Translations under genes and position numbers: made by a program | Origin: Craspedostauros australis | Taxonomy: Eukaryota | NCBI GenBank assembly: GCA_030167865.1 | Contig: JALAGF010005320.1 | Coordinates: 1-44,773, forward strand | Direction: 5' to 3' | DNA length: 44,773 nucleotides | Part shown: in pieces, positions 23,152-33,954 of the stretch | Position numbering within the stretch: the stretch's first letter is position 1 | Layout: each line of letters begins with the position of its first letter | Notes under the pieces: model-generated | Seen by the model: the letters and a program-made list of their open reading frames with translations, nothing else | The model's database searches: none | Told to the model about the DNA's origin: nothing

Positions 23152-24318
23152 TTACGACAGGTACATGTTGATCGATGGCTTTTCCCGCCACAGACCCATC
23201 TTTTTGGCACGTTCCGGTTTGGAACAGTTGCGATCGCAGTGATTGTTGTGCAGCACAACGACGTCCTTGTTCAGAGTGTGTTCATTTACATTCTCTTCCC
23301 CAATCACTTTGAACATCGCGCCCACGGGGAACAGGGCATCGTCGAGGAGTTTGTGCCTGATTTTGTCGCCCATCTTGCGCACGACGTGATTGAATGCAAG
23401 CTGGTTGTAATTGGCGCGTGGTCGTCCCTCCAGGTAGGATCGCCACCGTCGGATGCAGCTAATAGAAGCCGGAGTCGGCCGCATGACGATGAGACCGGCA
23501 TTGTACGGCCCCGATGTGTTCGACTTGGCATCGGCGGCCCAGAAATCGTAGTCGCCGCGCATGTGCGGACGCGGGTCCTTCAACATGATGGTGTCCAAAT
23601 CGATGAACAGGAGCCGGGAGGAATTCACATTGAACGATCCGATCTCGTTGGCGATGACGTCTGGATCGAGCTCTCCGGTCATTGCCGCGCCCGTGACGTT
23701 CCCGAGCTCGTTGATCAGAATGGAAGGGCGGTGGCTCATCATGTGCCGGAAGCGATTCCCGTCAGGGTAACCGAATCGTCCGAAGCCCATCCTAATATCG
23801 TTGAATTTGGAGCCAACGTCCCAGGCCTTCTTGACGTCGATCAATTTGGAAGGCAAGTACTTTCCGTACATGGCCCTATCTTCTGCATAGAGGACGACGT
23901 TGGCGTATCGCATCGGCGGACACCCGTCGTTGCTATTTGTGCTGTGTGGTGCGTGCTGGTCTCGCTGCTCGGGCGTCGCTGGGCACATACCCACCTCCAC
24001 GCAGTGGATGTACCAATTCAGAAAGTCCTCGCGGTAGCCGTAGTTCCCGGCCACCACAATCCGCCAATGAACGTCGGGATCGATGCATGGGCCATCCAAC
24101 GGATATTGTTGTCGCTGCTGCTGCTGTTGTCGAGGAGTCGTCTCTACGGGAGCATGATCCGCGACCGTGATCGGATCCGTAGGTGGTGGCACCAGGATGC
24201 CCGAATTGTATCTTTTCAACAACGAGTAGTTTGGCAAGACGGCGATGATCACCAGCAGCGGTAGTGCGCATATGCGCACAACTCGGCTTTGTGCTATCTT
24301 GCCAAGTTGTCTTGTCAT
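23152..24318 (-). CDS. Nucleotide-diphospho-sugar transferase (GT77 / PF03407-like), type II membrane protein
   Basis: N-terminal anchor ICALPLLVIIAVL, DxD motif LLFIDLDTIMLKDP, and YNAGLIVMRPT, NQLAFN, LFPVG, VVLHNNH. Confidence 0.85.
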   Translation of the reverse strand: MTRQLGKIAQSRVVRICALPLLVIIAVLPNYSLLKRYNSGILVPPPTDPITVADHAPVETTPRQQQQQRQQYPLDGPCIDPDVHWRIVVAGNYGYREDFLNWYIHCVEVGMCPATPEQRDQHAPHSTNSNDGCPPMRYANVVLYAEDRAMYGKYLPSKLIDVKKAWDVGSKFNDIRMGFGRFGYPDGNRFRHMMSHRPSILINELGNVTGAAMTGELDPDVIANEIGSFNVNSSRLLFIDLDTIMLKDPRPHMRGDYDFWAADAKSNTSGPYNAGLIVMRPTPASISCIRRWRSYLEGRPRANYNQLAFNHVVRKMGDKIRHKLLDDALFPVGAMFKVIGEENVNEHTLNKDVVVLHNNHCDRNCSKPERAKKMGLWREKPSINMYLS

Positions 24319-26196
24319 GGTGCCTCCAATCTGATACTTGTGCTACTGTGAATTCAGTTCGACTGCCTGATGCAGGACTCCTCTTCAGGTGTTATGAGAG
24401 AAAGCGTGCGGTATCCGGTGTGGTGTCCTCTTTGTCAGCACTATTGGAGCGACGACCGCACGAGTCGGAGACATGGAGCTACGACCGCATGAACCGGAAA
24501 CGCAAAAGAGACGACGACGGCACTGCAAGTGCGATCAAGATGCAACAGCAAGAGAAACGAGAACAAAGCGCAACACAGCGAAAATAGCGAGGCGTGTCTC
24601 AAAATCCCATCCAACCTACACAGCAAATAGTACACTGATCATCCACAGAGAGGTGCGCGGTAATCCCTATCATTCGTGCATTGCAAAAGGGCTTCTGTGT
24701 GAGCGAACGGTGTTTCACGCTTCTTTTCGTTTTCGTAATCGCACCTCCCTGGTGCTTTCAGCCATGTGTGGACGTGACGCTTCGGTGATTTTCGCGCTTG
24801 CAAATTTCTGTTTTTCCACAGTGACCCGGTAGCGTGCGATTCTTTCGTGGGTCGTGCATTCGCATTGAGGTTTGGGTGGTCGTCTGGCAGAAAGTCGGGA
24901 TTCGCTACCGCCGATGACTTGTTAAGTAATTAAATAGCATGATTTGATTCAACGGTCATCCAAAACTACTGGAACACTCAACATTTTGTCCGATTTTCAC
25001 TTTTCTAACTCGTGACTTACTATAACGGGACTTAAAACACAGGGTTGAGACAGAAAGTGAATCAGCCGAAATCCAAAACAGCTTACTTAGGGTTACGCTA
25101 TTGAGCTTCAATTGTAGTTGGTCCAGGCCCAAAAAGAGAGACCGGACAAAATCGGAGAAACTAGGTCGGACCGGACAGACTGAACATGTGTCTGTACCAA
25201 CCAAATGATGCACAAATTCCACTCTCTCTTCCCAATCGTACTTGCTCATGCAGGAGTTCACCTCCAGCTGTATGTGCATGTGCGCATTCGGATGCTGAAT
25301 TCTGCAGCAAGATGTATATCACCTTCTGGACATGTGCAGTGCAGCAACATTATCACAATCTGTATCACAGATGTATCATGCAAGATGACATTGTGTATGC
25401 TATGTACGATTCCAACCAGAACCCGGAAGACAAGAGAGAGAGAGAGAGAGCAAGAAATCAGCAGTGTGGCTGATCTACACAGAGAGACTGCAGAAACAAC
25501 AGTAACAACAACAGAAAGGAGCAGTGCAGACAGCAATACAAAAAAGCAGCTCATAAGTTGATTAGACCACGGAAACTAAACCCGCAAATCAACGCCCCAA
25601 GCAGTCTTCGTGTTTTCAAACCTTTGCCACAAGCAGACACACGACATACAGACAATCGATCACGGACATTTGGTTGGTTACAGTTGGATACACGTAGGAA
25701 TCTACAGGAGTCCGGTAGGATCTTGCTTTTTTTTCGAGAAATTCGACTCTCCATCTTTGAAGTCTCAGGACTTAGCGGTAATTGGCTCAATCTGAACAAT
25801 GCGTATCATTTCAGAATCCCCTTGCTGAGGTGGTCACAACCATGTGGTCCATGTTATGCTTGAGTGTGATGGTATGGTGGTATGCTTGCGTTTAGTGCTC
25901 CCTAGGAGGTAGGAATGATATTTGACCACTCGGATCCTCAATTTCGTTGACAAGTTTGGAGAATTCTGGTCCCAACGCCTGCGTCATCATGACGTCAAGA
26001 AAACATGCCAAACACAAGCCAAAAACGTACGTGAATGATGGGGGTGCTTGACGGATCGTATTAGTGCTCACCGAGCAAGAGAGCAACAGCCACCAAACTT
26101 TTGGATGGTATATAAACGCCATATGATGCTACAATGGCAAGATGAGTACAGGAACACGCACATGAGCTAAGTCTGGAGAGTTTGAGTATGGTTGAT

Positions 26197-26983
26197 TGTC
26201 GAGATGTACATGTGAGTATACGTCAAGATGTACGTGTATATGTGCATCGTTCACCCGCTATTCTCTCATATGCACTTGGACGGTATAACTACACTCGTGT
26301 CAATAGTATGCTGTGATTCGTCAGAATTACAGGGGAAATGGAACACACGAAAAGGNNNNNNNNNNNNNNNNNNNNNNNNNNNNNNNNNNNNNNNNNNNNN
26401 NNNNNNNNNNNNNNNNNNNNNNNNNNNNNNNNNNNNNNNNNNNNNNNNNNNNNNNNNNNNNNNNNNNNNNNNNNNNNNNNNNNNNNNNNNNNNNNNNNNN
26501 NNNNNNNNNNNNNNNNNNNNNNNNNNNNNNNNNNNNNNNNNNNNNNNNNNNNNNACATGTCACCACGTCGACAGCTGTCTCCAAGTCAGAGCAGGAGGCG
26601 AAGATGCAATGACCCATGAAGATCATGGATACTGAAGGCGAACTTCAAATGGTAAGTACTCATGGAGTAGGAACCAGTACTGAACGAACGGAGTGTCGAA
26701 TGCAGAGCACGCATCGAATACGAAGTATCGTGTAGTGTGAGCACATGATGTTGAGAGAGAGAGTGAGAGAGAATACAGAGAGGAGCAAGAGAGGATCTCG
26801 CGTACCGACTCATAGTCAGAGACTGAATCTACGAAACAGATTGAAGCGCCGAGAGCATCGGACAAGAGAACGGGTGTACACCGAGAGCATCGGAGTAGCC
26901 AAGTAATGAAATAGCAAACGAACGACTATCAACCAACACCATCTTCCACGATCGTAGGTTACCGTGAGCGGAACTTGCCAACA
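26197..26983. mobile_element. Probable solo LTR or collapsed LTR retrotransposon
   Basis: Begins TGTCG and ends CCAACA (TG...CA). Flanked on both sides by GTTGAT (26191-26196 and 26984-26989). It has an internal 14-bp direct repeat CCGAGAGCATCGGA (26849, 26881) and contains an assembly gap. Confidence 0.5.
26356..26554. other. Assembly gap (N run)
   Basis: Run of n characters. Confidence 1.
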
Positions 26984-27117
26984 GTTGATGCTGTTCTTGC
27001 CCTGTTTTGGTTCGGGACTCACGTAGAAAGTGTACCACGATCTACACAGCTTCGTATTGTGCTTCGAACATATCCAAAAATCGCCAAATTGTTTGGCTAC
27101 ACACTGTTTGATAGGCA

Positions 27118-30100
27118 CTAGCTATTGCTATTTCTATTGCTCTTCCTTTTCTTGTTGGCTCGCTTCCATTTGCGGAACGTTTCGAGATCGTACTTGGCCT
27201 TGGCTTCCCTCATGGAGACGCCCAGCTCGTCTTCTGTGAATCGCACTTCTGGAAGGTTGCTGTCTGCATCCCACAGATCTTGCACCATCGACAGCCTGTC
27301 TTCGTCGTCTATCCGTGATTCGTGCAGCAATGCCGTTGCGTCATCTCCTCCCGATCCCACGTCTCCATTGATGCTGCCTACATTGATATCGACGGTCAGG
27401 AGCAGCTGCAAACCGACGGCATCGGTCAGGCTCCGCGTCAGCTCCTCGATGCTGTCCATGGCCTTTGGCAGCAACAGCTGCCGCATGCTCAGAGCCGTGT
27501 CGTCATCCATCCATAGGGGACCGTCATGTTGCTGCACTTCCGGCTCGAGCATCGCAGCAGTACCCGCCGCCGCAGTTGGTGTCGTTGATGGCGACGCCTG
27601 TGATGACGAGGATGATCCATCGGCCAATCGTCGCAACACTTCGGCGTACCTCAACGCAGCGTTGCGCTTCTGCGTCAGCGTGCCGACCAAGGTGGCGATG
27701 TCTGCGCGTACGCGATTCAATGCGGTCGCATCCGATGGCGACACGTCCCTAATGCGACCGCTGGTTTTGCGGAGCATGCCGATAGCTTCGGATTGCAGCA
27801 GCTCGAGCAGAATGCGGAACGACGCCAGTTCGTTGGATGGTGCCGTTGATACTGGTAACGAAGGGGAACTTTGCGCACCAGCGTTTCGGGCCACGGCGCT
27901 GGCACCATTCACTCCAGTGCTGCCTTCGTCATTCACGGAACTCATGGGTGTTGAGCGACATGGCGTCAAATTGTCCCAGATCCATTCACGGATGATACCA
28001 CGTTCGTTTGGATGCTGCCACAGGACATGCTCCAACAGCAGGCAGTCGGTCAGATCGATTTGTTGACGTCTGTCGCACAGCGCTGCAATCTTCAGCAAGC
28101 GTCCGGCCTTCACGATGCGTCGATCGCTAATCTCAATGTCATGCAGCGTTTGCAAATGATTCCGCAGATCGCGAATCAGCAGAGCGACGTCCGTTGGTAG
28201 CGTAACGTCACCGAGTGCAGCTTCCACCGATGAGACAACCGACTCGATTCCACCTGGACTGCTGACATGGTTGTTATCCACGCCCGCACCTGTGCCTGTG
28301 CCTGCGTCTGTGCGACCGCTGCCGCTGTCAACGATACTGCCGGAACGCAACGCCAATTGGCAGTCCTCGTCAGAATCGTCGCATGCCGACGTCATGTCTG
28401 GGTTGGACATTGCAAGCAGTTGCAAGATACCTTCGTCCGACACCGGCAGCACCTCCTTGCGCAAGAGGAAACGATCGTACAAAGCATCCAGCTCGTCGCT
28501 CTCGGGAAGCTCATTCGAAGCGCCCACAACGCAGCGGATCGGACAGTCCACCTGCTCACCGTTGTCAAACCGGCGTTCGTTGAGGATGGTGAGCAACGTG
28601 TTGAGGATGGCAGAGTTGGCCTTGAAGATTTCATCCAAGAAAGCGACGGCTGCAGTGGGCAAGAACCCATCGGTCTTGCGCCGGTACTCGTCATTCTCCA
28701 ACGCCTTCAGCGATAGCGGTCCGAAGATTTCCTCGGGTGTTGTGAACCTCGTGAGTAACCTCTGAAAGAAGAAGCCATCGAAGAGGTGCGACAGGCGACG
28801 GCCGAGTTGAGATTTGGCAGTTCCTGGGCATCCCAGCAACAAAATATGCTCGCTGGCGATCGCCGCCAGAACGACCAGTCGCGCCTCTTCTTGCCGCTCG
28901 ATCAATCCCTTGCCAATCAATGCGATAGCTCTTTGTATCTGATGGCGCTGTTCATGGCTGATTCCAGAACGAGAGACCTCATCATCCAACGTGTTCGACG
29001 ACCACTCGCTTTTCTTGATCGTGGCACCGATCTGCGTCTGCAATATCGCTGCTGCGGGCTCCCCGTCGTCTGATCCTGAAGGTGGCTGCGCTGAGATATC
29101 CCCTCCCCGATTGGCATCGAGGCTATCTCTATCCCCACCTCCATCGATACTCACATTGACGTCATCATCCTGCGCGCCATAAGCCTGGCCAATGCCATCA
29201 TCAGTGTAGCCATCATAGGCGTCGAAATCACCATCGTAGTCGTCGCCATCACCATCCCAATTTTTTCGTGACCGAGATCCGGCGTTCTGCTTTTTCTTCT
29301 TGGTCCGCTTGCCGCGACCGCCGCCATCGCCATCGCCATCGCCATCATCATAGTCATTGTACCGTGCCGGCAGGGAGGTTGAAGACCATATGAATGGTCT
29401 GCTGCGCGGTACAAAACCAGCGAGATGAGTACTCGTTGACGGTCTCGATGACCGGCTGCGGCCATTGAAGGTTCCGCGTCCACTTGACGAAGAATGTGTT
29501 GCTGCCAAGCGAGTTGACGGAGAAGTGGCCGCCCTCCCTCTTTGACTCATCGTTGATGACGACCGTGATCCACGAGCTAGGGAAGGGATCACCGTTTCAT
29601 GATCCACCAAGAAATCATGGATGTGGGTGCAGAGCTTTTCCAAGGGAACGGATTCTCTTTTGCCGACCAACAGACCGTGGATCTGTACGGAGCTTGTGTC
29701 CTTGAGAGCATCGAGCCGTTCCATGACATCCCGAGGTACCGGCGGATCTGGTATCTCTCCGTCCGTGATGAGAAGCAAATCGGAAGACGACATCATGTCG
29801 TATTCTCCATCACCAGCCGCCACATCATCGTCACCTCCCGTGTTGCCACGGACCAATCCCATGGCGAACTTGAGAGCGCCGGTGACGTCGGTGCCTCCTC
29901 CGAAGGAATATGACAGAAAGTCGAGCAATCTTGTGATCCCCTCCGGATCTGCGGAGATGATCTCCGATTCCATCACCGATTGAGTTGAGGAAAATGCAAC
30001 AACGTGGCAATCGCGGCCTTGCTTGCTTGCGGTTGAGACGCATTCTAGAACGACTGCCTTGGAGAGACGTTCCCGGATGCCGGACATGGACCATGAAGTG

Positions 30101-31446
30101 TCGAGGCATACGATGATTGGGCCACCAGCAGCGCTCGGCATGCGACGCGAGTGCCGCGACTTGCGCTTGGGGATGCTTGGCACGTCCTTCCATCCTGACA
30201 TCTCATAGCTCAGCAGCTTCCCTTCGGCCTTTTTGGACATGAACAGCCGTCGCAGTGCCGGCGATCCCTTCAGGAGGATTGACTCCGACGGGAGCATCTC
30301 AGTGAGACTCCCCGAACGAGTGATCCCGCTGACCGAATCCCTCATTTGGGAATCGAATTGAGCCCCCATTTCGCCATTCGAATTCAGGCGACGAGGTGCG
30401 AACCGTTCTATCGATGTGCTTTGCTCAGCCGTTGGGCGTCGACCGAGTTCTTTCATCAAGTCCGTGAGTTCTGGCATGTCCGACACGTGCTGCTGCAGAT
30501 CCCGCAACACGGTCCATCCAGAATGACTCCAGACGCCATTCTCGAATCCGAAACTTGACGACTGCTGCGAATTCTCATCATCTTCCATGCCAGCACCTTG
30601 ATGAACATCCAACAGACCGTGTTCGAACCCAAGCAGAGCATCGAGCATTCCGACGCCAGAGATGACACCTGAAAATGCCTCGACAAACTCCATCCGAAGC
30701 GATTCGCCAATGTCTTCGTACAGATCTTCCACAGCACGCTCATGTCTCTCCTGCGAAGAAGAGTCTGCGTCATACCAATACGGCTCATCTTCGTGACAAT
30801 CCACCTCATCAAATTCTTCGTTGGCATCCGCATCGTCTGGTGCCGAGTCTTGGAGGAATTGATCCTCAAGAAATTCCAATTCGTCATCGAACTTTGCGGT
30901 GAGCTGGAGCATGAATCGAAGGACGATCGATATGGTCTCCGGGTGCCGATGCACGAAGCGCGGGAGTTGTGTTGCGACCATCGCATCCGATAACTTCGAA
31001 AGCAACACTTGATTGGACGGCCATGGTTCGCAGTTGGCTGTTTCGAAGTCCTCAGCGGACGCCAGACGACCCTTCAGCAACGCACTGCGCCACACGCCAA
31101 ATCCTTGGCTGGTGTGGAAAATTCCGTTGATGTGATGCGATTGGTCTCCGCTTTCGAGTTCTGCGACCAGCAACGGATCGATCGCAGAAGTTGGGTCTCC
31201 GAGACCGAGAGAGAGCTGCGTTGGCGGCCGCTGCTCTTGAGCCGGTGCCACGGAGGATGCACTTCTGCCAGCGGGCATTTGGTCGCTCGGCACACCCTCT
31301 TGATGCCATCGTTGCGGGAAGCGTGCGTTTGGAAATGCATTGCAGCCGCTTACCAGTAGCGCAGACCAGAGGAGCAATTTGCGTGCTGATTGATGGTGGC
31401 AGCGGCGGCGGCGGTAGCTGTGGTTGTTGTTGCTATTACTTGTCAT
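27118..31446 (-). CDS. Plastid-targeted ViaA-like VWA protein fused to a RavA-like MoxR AAA+ ATPase (~1442 aa)
   Basis: Single uninterrupted ORF with signal peptide LLLWSALLVSGCNA-FP. ViaA-type VWA: GPIIVCLDTSWSM, FLSYSFGGGTD, LLLITDGEI. RavA-type AAA+: GLIERQEEARL, Walker A GCPGTAKS, RLLTRFTTPEEIFGPLS, Walker B AFLDEIFKANSAILNTLLTILNER, GASNELP, ALYDRFLLR, ISDRR. ATG 31446 was chosen for its proximity to the signal peptide; the frame is open to 31632. Confidence 0.9.
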   Translation of the reverse strand: MTSNSNNNHSYRRRRCHHQSARKLLLWSALLVSGCNAFPNARFPQRWHQEGVPSDQMPAGRSASSVAPAQEQRPPTQLSLGLGDPTSAIDPLLVAELESGDQSHHINGIFHTSQGFGVWRSALLKGRLASAEDFETANCEPWPSNQVLLSKLSDAMVATQLPRFVHRHPETISIVLRFMLQLTAKFDDELEFLEDQFLQDSAPDDADANEEFDEVDCHEDEPYWYDADSSSQERHERAVEDLYEDIGESLRMEFVEAFSGVISGVGMLDALLGFEHGLLDVHQGAGMEDDENSQQSSSFGFENGVWSHSGWTVLRDLQQHVSDMPELTDLMKELGRRPTAEQSTSIERFAPRRLNSNGEMGAQFDSQMRDSVSGITRSGSLTEMLPSESILLKGSPALRRLFMSKKAEGKLLSYEMSGWKDVPSIPKRKSRHSRRMPSAAGGPIIVCLDTSWSMSGIRERLSKAVVLECVSTASKQGRDCHVVAFSSTQSVMESEIISADPEGITRLLDFLSYSFGGGTDVTGALKFAMGLVRGNTGGDDDVAAGDGEYDMMSSSDLLLITDGEIPDPPVPRDVMERLDALKDTSSVQIHGLLVGKRESVPLEKLCTHIHDFLVDHETVIPSLARGSRSSSTMSQRGRAATSPSTRLAATHSSSSGRGTFNGRSRSSRPSTSTHLAGFVPRSRPFIWSSTSLPARYNDYDDGDGDGDGGGRGKRTKKKKQNAGSRSRKNWDGDGDDYDGDFDAYDGYTDDGIGQAYGAQDDDVNVSIDGGGDRDSLDANRGGDISAQPPSGSDDGEPAAAILQTQIGATIKKSEWSSNTLDDEVSRSGISHEQRHQIQRAIALIGKGLIERQEEARLVVLAAIASEHILLLGCPGTAKSQLGRRLSHLFDGFFFQRLLTRFTTPEEIFGPLSLKALENDEYRRKTDGFLPTAAVAFLDEIFKANSAILNTLLTILNERRFDNGEQVDCPIRCVVGASNELPESDELDALYDRFLLRKEVLPVSDEGILQLLAMSNPDMTSACDDSDEDCQLALRSGSIVDSGSGRTDAGTGTGAGVDNNHVSSPGGIESVVSSVEAALGDVTLPTDVALLIRDLRNHLQTLHDIEISDRRIVKAGRLLKIAALCDRRQQIDLTDCLLLEHVLWQHPNERGIIREWIWDNLTPCRSTPMSSVNDEGSTGVNGASAVARNAGAQSSPSLPVSTAPSNELASFRILLELLQSEAIGMLRKTSGRIRDVSPSDATALNRVRADIATLVGTLTQKRNAALRYAEVLRRLADGSSSSSQASPSTTPTAAAGTAAMLEPEVQQHDGPLWMDDDTALSMRQLLLPKAMDSIEELTRSLTDAVGLQLLLTVDINVGSINGDVGSGGDDATALLHESRIDDEDRLSMVQDLWDADSNLPEVRFTEDELGVSMREAKAKYDLETFRKWKRANKKRKSNRNSNS

Positions 31447-33954
31447 CTTGCTGTGACAAAGCTGCGGTTGGTGTGGACTACACCGTACGATGCGATGGCT
31501 GTCCTTGTCATCGTCCCCGCCATCACCGCAGAGCTTGTCAAAGTGCCGCTGTATGCTTGACATCCCACATCTCCGTGTCACACGTTGCCAGATCCAATGC
31601 CCTTCTTCCGTCGTCCTTTGTTCTCCCCACATACGTACCTATTTCGCCATTTCGCTTGTTGGGTGCACAAGAAGCACGACAACCAACCAATGTCAACCAG
31701 CAACGCTGACAGAGCTGATGCGAAGAGGGCTTCGCTGTTGATTGGTGTGACGCCAATCAAATAGGAGAACGCGAACAAAATAGGAGTACCTTTGTTCGTA
31801 CAACACATAAAGAGAGTGGAGTTGTTGGGGTGTTTGTTTGGACGGAAACCAAAAAGAGAACCCATCGCCAGCAGAATCAGAAACAATAGCAACAACCAAA
31901 CCCTCGTCCCTGAGAATAGCTCACAGGAGCAAGCCTCTTCACAAGTCCTCAACATGGATCTGCATCATGGACAATGAAGCAAGATGGTCACTGATATAGA
32001 CGGTAGATCTAGGGAGAAAGAGAGAGAGAGATCCACCCTATCTTGACGTCTCAGTCTTTTCCTGTTCATACTACGAGGTGTAAGCGGGCCCCGTCGCCGA
32101 GCACAAGATGGAATCTTCGACTTCAGGGTGACAGAATGCTGCTCTCTCGCATTTGCCCAACAGACCAGTTCCGCACTTGATACCCTCCAGCCACGGAGAC
32201 AGACTGAATCAGAAAGGATCAGGATTCGATTTCTATACGGAGACTGATACTGATGTTTGGGAGTGCATGCACGATAGACGACAACATGCCAAACCCGTCC
32301 TCTTCTCTCTTCATGCAATCTCTTTACTCGTGTTTTGGGGGAGAGAGCGCGCGCGAGCACTGAACCAATCGCTGCGAGTTCTCAGAGTCTTGTCAATGTG
32401 CATACTCTTCGCCGAGACAGTTCAAATACTTGTTTTGTCTTGCATTCTAAAATTTGTAGGTGCTTGCAACCGTCTTCTCTATCAATAGTACCAGTCGGGC
32501 GGCCGCCTCCCTCATCATCCTCGTACCATAGAGTGCATCGTCTTCTTCCCATCAGATCTCGACTGGAGCGAGTTCAAAGATTTGCTCGCGAAGCATATAG
32601 ATGTTACATTTGGAGGAGTGACGAGGCATTTTGGCGGTGGTTGTGGTTGTGGTGATGAGAGGAGAGAGAGAGAGAACAACACAGAGAGTTGGTTTTCTTG
32701 TGCCGTTTTGGATGATCGTGTCTTGGTTGCTCCTCCTCAATCTCGCCTCAGCCACAAAATGAGCAGAAAGTGCGAAGTGTCCAAAAGTCACAAAAACGTC
32801 GCACGTGCGTCGTCCAAGATATCACTCACGAACACCACCTAAGCGCACCGAGACAAAGTCAGCATCTCATCTTATCCTGTCCCTGGCCAAGATGCAATCA
32901 ATGGCCACAACATGTGTGTTTGCTCATCTGCTTACCGTGCATACTCACAGAGTACATAATCGCATCATACCACCACGAGCCAACCCTGAAAGAAGAGTAC
33001 CAATGCATGATGGTTGAGCAGGAGAGTATCCGTAGGTCGTACCGTATTGGCACATCAGTGTCTGTTCGTCCTCGCTTGCGAGAGGAGCCTAATTTGCCGG
33101 AAGTGGAGGAACTCGATCAATTGCAACCGGCGTGCCAACCATCCGTTTCCAGCAACAGGTCACAATCCCTCGATGATGTCTGCGAAACCTCGATAACTTG
33201 GGGGTGAACTCGACGACGAATACGAATAGCCCCTGGGCACACGTCTGATCATGATTAATAACGTTGACATTGTCGAGTACTCCATTTGCTGCAACCAACA
33301 ATTCTTCGCTCACATTCTCCCTCTTCGATCCCTTCTGTGCAACACCAAAACCTGAACTGTGAATGAGATTTTACGCACAGAGACTCGGGTCGAAGCTGTG
33401 CTGGAAGGCAGAGGTAGACCCGCAACCTGCCTCCATCGTTCACCAACTCTGCCACAATGTCTGCCCCTGAGAACTAGGTGTGTGGGCTGAGCTTTCGTAG
33501 TCTCCTGGCATGTTTGGCCCTCGTGCAAATGAGTGTATATGATGTTCAGACCAATCCAGCATTGCACAGAGGAGAAACGGATGTCCCAGGCACAGAGGAG
33601 GAAACGGATGATACGAAGATTGTCTGTGCGTCTCGACCAGAGTATTGGCACTCCACCTTTCTCGATGTACTCGATTCCGCACAACCGAGCTTCGGGAAGA
33701 GACCAACAGCAACAAACATAAGTTGATATCAATACACAGTACTCGTGTTACTCCACTCGACTATACCATACTCCACAAATTGATCACTGAGCACCGGACA
33801 CTGGACACCGAAGCACCCACGCTCACAAATCAAAATTGGCTCAGTGTGCCACAAAAAAAGAAGACAGCAAACACAAACGCAACAGAAACAACCAAAACGG
33901 CAACACACACATCAGCATCATCGACGCCGACAGCAACAGCAGCAGCACCACGCA

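Noticed and set aside
24646..24751. 12-bp imperfect inverted repeat CAGAGAGGTGCG / CGCACCTCCCTG
   Set aside because: No target-site duplication and only one copy in the window, which is insufficient for a MITE call.
31447..31632. N-terminal extension of the 1504-aa ORF
   Set aside because: It would put the signal peptide ~85 residues from the start; ATG 31446 fits better, though this is not proven.
32770..33732. Cluster of 60-145 aa ORFs between the ViaA-RavA and DUF6824 genes
   Set aside because: No recognisable motif or consistent splice pattern; treated as intergenic.
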